From: Candidatus Sumerlaeia bacterium
GTDB taxonomy: Bacteria > Sumerlaeota > Sumerlaeia > JADFCW01
Direction: 5' to 3'
NCBI GenBank assembly: GCA_026415575.1
Contig: JAOAGV010000011.1
Location: 625 to 64,624, forward strand
DNA: 64,000 nt
The notes beneath the pieces are model-generated. The model was not told the origin of the DNA and made no database searches. It was given only the letters and a program-made list of their open reading frames with translations. The translations under genes were made by a program, and so were the position numbers. Position 1 is the stretch's first letter; the number at the start of each line of letters is the position of its first letter. Positions 58,954-64,000 of the stretch are shown here, one piece after another.

Positions 58954-60672
58954 TCACGGGGAGGCGGGCAAGGCATCGAGCCGGGCGCGCACGGTCTCGG
59001 CCAAGTCCTTGCGGACAAGGAAGGCACACGTGTCTTCATACCAGAACCAATCGCGCGGAATTCGTCCGCCAAGGGTTTCCAACGGCACGTAGTTGTCCAT
59101 AAGATAAGGAACAAGAAAGGGCGCACGGCGGCGAACTAATTCCATACCCAGCCATTCTTTGTCCGCCCCTTCGAGCAATCCCAAAAGGATCAGCACAGGC
59201 TGGTGCCGCTGCAAGTCCGCCAGCATGGCCTGTTTCATCCGCTCGGAAATATGCCCCTGAAACTTGCCCTTGAACAGCGGGGCGTTGTGAAAATAACGCG
59301 CACCGGCGTAGCGCTTGGCTGCAAAGTAACAGGCATTCGGCTGAACGCCGAGCAGCAAAATCCTCTCGTCGGGGGCGGTCAGACCGGCAAGGGCCTGTCC
59401 CAACGACTGCTCGAGCGCACGATCGCCGGTCGGCAGTGCGTTGCGCCGTTCGAGCTTGCGATTCTCTGCGATATGACACCGCACGCCGCCGACCGTCAGC
59501 CATGCAGCCGCGGCCAAAACAGCCAGCGCCGGCAGAAGTCCGGCGGCGGCCTTGATTCGGCTCATTTCGCTTAGGCGGCGTCCGAGAACGCCGGCGACAA
59601 TTTCGCCGACCGCCTGCGCGGCAAAACCCATAAGCAGACAGGTCGAAATGGTGGTCTGAACATAGTAGTGATGGTAATACTCGCCGCTGAGGGAAACAGG
59701 GGCGAACTCGCAGACAAAAGCCGGCAACAGCAGGCCGCACCACCAACGTTTTTCGCGCGGCAGCCACGGCAGAAGCGCTGCGGCCAGCACGGGCGCGGCC
59801 AGCATGGGCCCTGTATCGCACAACACACGCCAGTGCGTGCGCAATCCGTCCAGCCAGCCGGTATGCGTTTCGGGCTCAGCCCCGATGTAAATCAGGTTGA
59901 ACAGATAGCTGGCCTCAAAATAGTCCCACCAGATTCGCTTGGCGGCAAACCAGGCCGACCAAAACGCTTCGGGAAGGACAAAACCAAGGCTGACCAGCGC
60001 GAGTGAACCCAAGGCGGGCTTGGTTTTCCATCCCAGCTCCCGCGCGCGCCAAACTGTCACAGCCGCCAGAAACAAGAGCGAAAGCCCGTAGGTTTGGCGA
60101 AACTCGGCGGCCATGCCCAGAAACAGTCCCGCCCAAAAGACATCGCGGCGCAGACGCGGCGAGGGGCGAAGAATCATCCAATAGCTCAGCGCCACAAACA
60201 ACAGCGAAGCCTCTTCGGTCATTCCCCCCGAACGCACAGCCACGCGATGGCTGACAAACAGGCAGAAGAAGGCCACGGCGACCGCCGACGCCGCCACCGA
60301 AAGATGTCTTCGACAGACGGCGGCAAACACTGTGCCGGCCAACGCCAGCCAGACAATTTCGTTGACCACGGCCGCCGTGCGCGAAAAGGGAAACAGCCAA
60401 AGCGGCAGCGCGTGGAACAGGAAGATATGGGGCGGCTTGTGATCCCAAAAATCCCGATAGGGCACCTGACCGGCGGCCCATGCCTGTCCCCCGTAAAGAA
60501 AAATCGCCTCGTCGTGGCCTTGGGCGCAATGAAAGGTGTGGGCGCGCAGTACCGCCAGCGCCCCGCCGATCACACAGGCCACGGCGGTCCAGCGAAGAAA
60601 GCTTATCAGGTATTTTTTGCCAAACAGACCCTGCTTCAGCCCACCAGCCTGTGGATTTTTATCATCGGGCAT
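58954..60672 (-). CDS. GT-C fold membrane glycosyltransferase (ArnT-like)
   Basis: HDEAIFLY.G, PYRDFWDHKPP, TEE and YHHYY motifs; multiple TMs and a C-terminal periplasmic domain. Confidence 0.78.
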   Translation of the reverse strand: MPDDKNPQAGGLKQGLFGKKYLISFLRWTAVACVIGGALAVLRAHTFHCAQGHDEAIFLYGGQAWAAGQVPYRDFWDHKPPHIFLFHALPLWLFPFSRTAAVVNEIVWLALAGTVFAAVCRRHLSVAASAVAVAFFCLFVSHRVAVRSGGMTEEASLLFVALSYWMILRPSPRLRRDVFWAGLFLGMAAEFRQTYGLSLLFLAAVTVWRARELGWKTKPALGSLALVSLGFVLPEAFWSAWFAAKRIWWDYFEASYLFNLIYIGAEPETHTGWLDGLRTHWRVLCDTGPMLAAPVLAAALLPWLPREKRWWCGLLLPAFVCEFAPVSLSGEYYHHYYVQTTISTCLLMGFAAQAVGEIVAGVLGRRLSEMSRIKAAAGLLPALAVLAAAAWLTVGGVRCHIAENRKLERRNALPTGDRALEQSLGQALAGLTAPDERILLLGVQPNACYFAAKRYAGARYFHNAPLFKGKFQGHISERMKQAMLADLQRHQPVLILLGLLEGADKEWLGMELVRRRAPFLVPYLMDNYVPLETLGGRIPRDWFWYEDTCAFLVRKDLAETVRARLDALPASP

Positions 60673-60932
60673 TTTACGCCTCTCTGCATCGTTGTGCCGA
60701 AGTCAAGGGTGCCTGCAGCAGCCTGAAAAGGCAAGCGCGGAAAGGCGCAGGCGAAATTCCCTACTGCGGGCTTCAGGCGAGGCCGCTGTTGTTGTGCCCG
60801 CGTCGCAAGTCAAAATTCACGCTGGCGGTCCCGGAAAGGCTGACGATTGCGTATAATAAATACCCGAAGTCGGGCTTTTGCCTTATCCCCTGAAATTCTG
60901 AACGCGTGTTGAACGGCGCACTGAGGGAAGAA

Positions 60933-61334
60933 CTACGATCCCATCGAACCCCTATCTTTCCCTTCGAGGATAACGACCGCACAGGCATGACCATCGGTGT
61001 GCGTGAGGCTGATATGGACGCAATCGGCGCCCAATTCTTTCATACGTTCGGCGGCGCGGCCTTGCACTTCGAGACTGGGTTTGCCGCTGGGTGCATGTAC
61101 TACGCCGACATCGCGCCAGCGCATGCCCCCGCGCAATCCAAGTCCCACAGCCTTGAGAAAGGCCTCCTTGGCAGCAAAGCGTGCGGCATAGTGCATGGCC
61201 GGCTGCGGCCGGTTGGCGCACTCGCGCTGCTCGGTTTCGGTGAACACCCGTTGCACCAGCCGCTCCGGATGCCGCGCCAACGCCTTTTCCATTCTCGCAA
61301 TTTCCACAAGATCAACGCCGATTCCCACAATCAT
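60933..61334 (-). CDS. acpS: Holo-[acyl-carrier-protein] synthase
   Basis: GIGVDLVEI, AARFAAKEAFLKA, GKP and ISLTH motifs. Confidence 0.96.
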   Translation of the reverse strand: MIVGIGVDLVEIARMEKALARHPERLVQRVFTETEQRECANRPQPAMHYAARFAAKEAFLKAVGLGLRGGMRWRDVGVVHAPSGKPSLEVQGRAAERMKELGADCVHISLTHTDGHACAVVILEGKDRGSMGS

Positions 61335-61543
61335 ACGGTGACTCCATCTCTTTGAACATTGCATCCCTTTGCCTGATGCCAAAAAAAGGTTGTCTTTTTG
61401 CCCAAAACGGCATAGACAACCTTTGGGATGGGGAGAGGGCGCTGACGTTGAATGCCCGCTGCAATTTCCGCCGATCTCGCATCGGTTAGTGTCTGTGCCC
61501 TGCTTCGCAACCCACGCAGAAGAGGATTGGGGCGGAGGCAAGC

Positions 61544-62185
61544 ATGCCGGCTATGCGATTGTTCAACGTTCCACGCCGATGGGTCTTTTTCCTGCCACTG
61601 GCGCTGCTTGGCTCGCGCGCCCCGGCAACCCTTGTGCTTCCCCAAAATATCGAAGATCTCGAATCGCAGGCTCAACTGATTTTTGCCGGCGTGTGCACCA
61701 CATACACCGCTGTGGCAACCGCTCAAGGCCTGCCGGCAACCCTGTACACATTCAAAGTCATTGAGGCTGTCAAAGGCAATGTCAAGGCCGGCAGCGAGGT
61801 TCAGTTCCGCCAGTTCGGCGGCCCGATTCCGGGCAGTCGTCTTGCCATGAAGGTTTCAGGCGTTCCCCATTATGTTGTGGGGCAGGAGGTGCTTCTTTTC
61901 CTCAATCCCCCGGGTTCGATTGGATTGACCGCGCCGGTGGGGCTGTCACAGGGCGTTTTTGCCATTGAGCAGTCGCGCGACGGCAAACGAACAATTCCCC
62001 TCGATGCGGTGCGGCGCACTCTTTTGAACAGAAATCTGGACCTGTCCAAATACCAAGACCGCCGCCGCTTCACTGTAGCCGAATCGCTCGCTGTTGCCAA
62101 TCCCCCCGAACGGATGGACCTCGAATCGTTCTGTTCGCTGATCCGAAAAATGGGAAACGCACGCAGGGATGCCGATGACCGGTAG
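61544..62185 (+). CDS. Secreted hypothetical protein, TIMP/NTR-like OB-fold predicted
   Basis: GGAGG RBS; signal peptide; EDL..QAQLIFAG.C, FKVIEAVKG, RQFGG, GQEVLLFL and VGLSQGVF motifs. Confidence 0.65.
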   Translation: MPAMRLFNVPRRWVFFLPLALLGSRAPATLVLPQNIEDLESQAQLIFAGVCTTYTAVATAQGLPATLYTFKVIEAVKGNVKAGSEVQFRQFGGPIPGSRLAMKVSGVPHYVVGQEVLLFLNPPGSIGLTAPVGLSQGVFAIEQSRDGKRTIPLDAVRRTLLNRNLDLSKYQDRRRFTVAESLAVANPPERMDLESFCSLIRKMGNARRDADDR

Positions 62186-62201
62186 GAAGGAACCTCTTTC
62201 G

Positions 62202-63407
62202 ATGCCGCCCGCCCGCACCGTTGCCCTTCTCATTGCGGCTCTTGTCGCGGCCGGCCGGTTTGTTCATGCGGGCGGTCCTCTGATCTTTGCCGAAGACGGC
62301 TCGGTGGTAAAATGGCCGACCGTCGGCGGCCAGACCAGCATCACGCTTACACTCGACCAAGGCGGCCTCGGCGCGCTCAACAATGCTGCCGCCAACGCCA
62401 TGGTTTCCAATATCCTCGGCGTTTGGAACAGCGTGACCACCAGCACCCTCGCCCTGACCATCGCCCCTTCGCCCCTCACCTCCGATGTCACGCATTTGAA
62501 TTTCACTTCGTTCATCGGGGGCGGCGCGCTGCACGGGTTCAATCCCGTCGTCTATGACTCGGCCGGTTCCATCACGGCATTGCTCTATGGAGAAAACGCG
62601 CGCAATCAGGTGTTGGGGTTTGCCACGCCGATCTTCTTTATCAACGCCGACCGTCGGCCTGTACCCGGCAACATCCTCGAAGGCCAGGTCGTGCTAAACG
62701 GCCGCATGTTGGACGGGGTCAGCAGCGGCAGCGCAAATCCGGAGGTAACGCCGGCGGAGTTTGAGGGCGTGATTGTGCATGAGCTGGGACACATGCTTGG
62801 GCTTGATCACTCGCAAATCAACGCGCTCGATGCCTCGAACGCCGACCAGCCGACCATGTTTCCGATTTTCTACGGTGGCGTGCACTGGAAAAGCCTCGCG
62901 CCCGACGACATCGGCTGGATTTGCTGGCTTTATCCGGCTGCGCAGTTCAACAGCGCTTTCGGCGCCATTGCCGGCCATGTCCTCGTTGTCAACGGCATGT
63001 CCACGCGGGGCTATCAGGGGATCAACGTGATTGCGCGGCGGGTCGGGGGAACGCGCGCGGAGGCCGGATCATGCGTTTCGGGCTACCGCTATTGGAGCGG
63101 CGTCGGGCCGCCGGGTCTGGCCGGCGCCTATCTCATTCCGGGCTTGCCGGCGGGCAGCTACACGGTGGAAGTCGAGCGAATCTTGCCCATTTTCACCGGC
63201 GGCTCGAGCGTCGGGCCGCTGGACGTACCGGCCGATTTTCCCGGCAGCGCCGGACCGGAGTTTTACAACGGCATGAATGAATCGTCGGGCGACAATCCTG
63301 CGGACAAAACGAACGTCCTTGTCGCTTTGGATCGCACAACCTCCGGCATCACCATCATCCTCAACACCGGCGAAACCGGCGTCGTCTCTTGGACGCGCTA
63401 TCGGTAG
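62202..63407 (+). CDS. Secreted matrixin-family (M10, metzincin) metalloprotease with C-terminal beta-sandwich domain
   Basis: Signal peptide; HELGHMLGLDH zinc motif; PTMFP Met-turn; GAYLIPGLPAGSYTV carboxypeptidase-regulatory-like domain. Confidence 0.88.
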   Translation: MPPARTVALLIAALVAAGRFVHAGGPLIFAEDGSVVKWPTVGGQTSITLTLDQGGLGALNNAAANAMVSNILGVWNSVTTSTLALTIAPSPLTSDVTHLNFTSFIGGGALHGFNPVVYDSAGSITALLYGENARNQVLGFATPIFFINADRRPVPGNILEGQVVLNGRMLDGVSSGSANPEVTPAEFEGVIVHELGHMLGLDHSQINALDASNADQPTMFPIFYGGVHWKSLAPDDIGWICWLYPAAQFNSAFGAIAGHVLVVNGMSTRGYQGINVIARRVGGTRAEAGSCVSGYRYWSGVGPPGLAGAYLIPGLPAGSYTVEVERILPIFTGGSSVGPLDVPADFPGSAGPEFYNGMNESSGDNPADKTNVLVALDRTTSGITIILNTGETGVVSWTRYR

Positions 63408-63581
63408 GTGTCCGGGACCTCCTACGAAGCACAGCAGCGATAAAAAGGCCCCATTTTTTGTTCCTTGGATAGTTGGTTTCCGCGGCGGCCGCATGCAATT
63501 CCTTCCCGGCGTTGCCCCGGACCAAATTCAACGCCACCGCTATGGTCGAAAAGAACCGCTGCATTGTAGAATCGGGAAATG

Positions 63582-63643
63582 AATCCCCCGCTGCTCCCTG
63601 CGTCATTTTCGATTGACAGAGCGGGGGATTTGTTGATGATAAT
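63582..63643 (+). promoter_or_regulatory. Putative tRNA-Ser promoter overlapped by an 11-bp inverted repeat
   Basis: TTGACA (63613) and GATAAT (63638), 19-bp spacer. AATCCCCCGCT (63582) and AGCGGGGGATT (63620) flank the -35. Confidence 0.4.
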
Positions 63644-63673
63644 CTTTTTCAGTTGAACGCGCCGCAAGTCAGC

Positions 63674-63765
63674 GGAGAGGTGGCCGAGTGGCTGAAGGCG
63701 GCGTCTTGCTAAGGCGTTGACAGGGGAAACCTTGTCCCTGGGTTCGAATCCCAGCCTCTCCGCCA
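63674..63765 (+). tRNA. tRNA-Ser (anticodon GCT)
   Basis: GGAGAGG/CCTCTCC acceptor stem, anticodon loop TTGCTAA, long variable arm, GGTTCGAATCC T-arm, encoded CCA. Confidence 0.96.
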
Positions 63766-63767
63766 TT

Positions 63768-64000
63768 TTATTTTCTTTTTGTTTTTTCTTTGGCGCTTTT
63801 CTTCTTCGGCTCAATCGCCTTCGGTTTGGCTGTTGCTTTCGCCTTCCCCGGAAAACCGTAGTTCATCTTGCCGGCACCGGCATCCAACGGGCCGGGCGGC
63901 AATTCCTTCTGCCACGCCAAAAGCTTTTCGCTCATCCGCGCCACGACATCCGGGTGCTTGTCCGCGACGTTGTTGAGCTGCGTAAGGTCTTTCTTCATGT
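63768..64000 (-). CDS. C-terminal end of a probable sulfatase (partial)
   Basis: KKDLTQLNNVADKHPDVVARM..KLLAW is typical of sulfatase C-termini; Lys-rich tail. Confidence 0.65.
   Translation of the reverse strand, partial: MKKDLTQLNNVADKHPDVVARMSEKLLAWQKELPPGPLDAGAGKMNYGFPGKAKATAKPKAIEPKKKSAKEKTKRK

Noticed and set aside
58851..58960. Integrative element at tRNA-Arg or tRNA-Ser
   Set aside because: No integrase and no duplicated tRNA 3' end seen within the window.
63674..63765. Long-variable-arm tRNA considered as tRNA-Sec partner of the UGA gene
   Set aside because: The anticodon is GCT with a normal 7-bp acceptor stem, so it is tRNA-Ser.
1..64000. Genome-wide UGA reassignment as the explanation for the in-frame stop
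   Set aside because: TGA ends many clear genes here (smc, trpB, trpA, dapB, coaE), so the standard code applies.

Overview
GC-rich bacterial chromosomal segment, probably from Candidatus Sumerlaeota (BRC1). This is inferred from the style of the prepilin protein and a C-terminal V-x-x-W-x-x-Y tail, and is not proven. The window is mostly housekeeping and envelope genes: smc, recX, wecB, thpR, trpB-trpA-accD, tsaD, dapB, coaE-rho, aroQ, metG, acpS, ftsX-envC-like, rlpA, tRNA-Arg(TCT) and tRNA-Ser(GCT). These are mixed with sugar/sulfate catabolic genes (sulfatases, an FGE-domain protein, SSS and DASS transporters, TIM-barrel isomerases, a Tat-exported Gfo/Idh/MocA, an IorAB-type molybdoenzyme) and several GT-C membrane glycosyltransferases. 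I saw no CRISPR array, transposase or prophage. Most notable: (1) a lipoprotein ORF continues in frame through a single UGA followed by a SECIS-like hairpin, a candidate new selenoprotein (57899-58564); (2) a bacterial homolog of the Thermococcales GH57 maltose-forming amylase with altered active-site motifs; (3) an orphan, diverged CofG-like radical SAM enzyme; (4) tandem NrdR-like boxes upstream of smc; (5) a dif-like site in an AT-rich patch; (6) a TIMP-like/matrixin gene pair with a candidate C-terminal sorting signal; (7) dispersed 7- and 9-bp tandem repeats and REP-like palindromes, some inside essential genes. All family calls come from motif recognition by eye; no searches were run.
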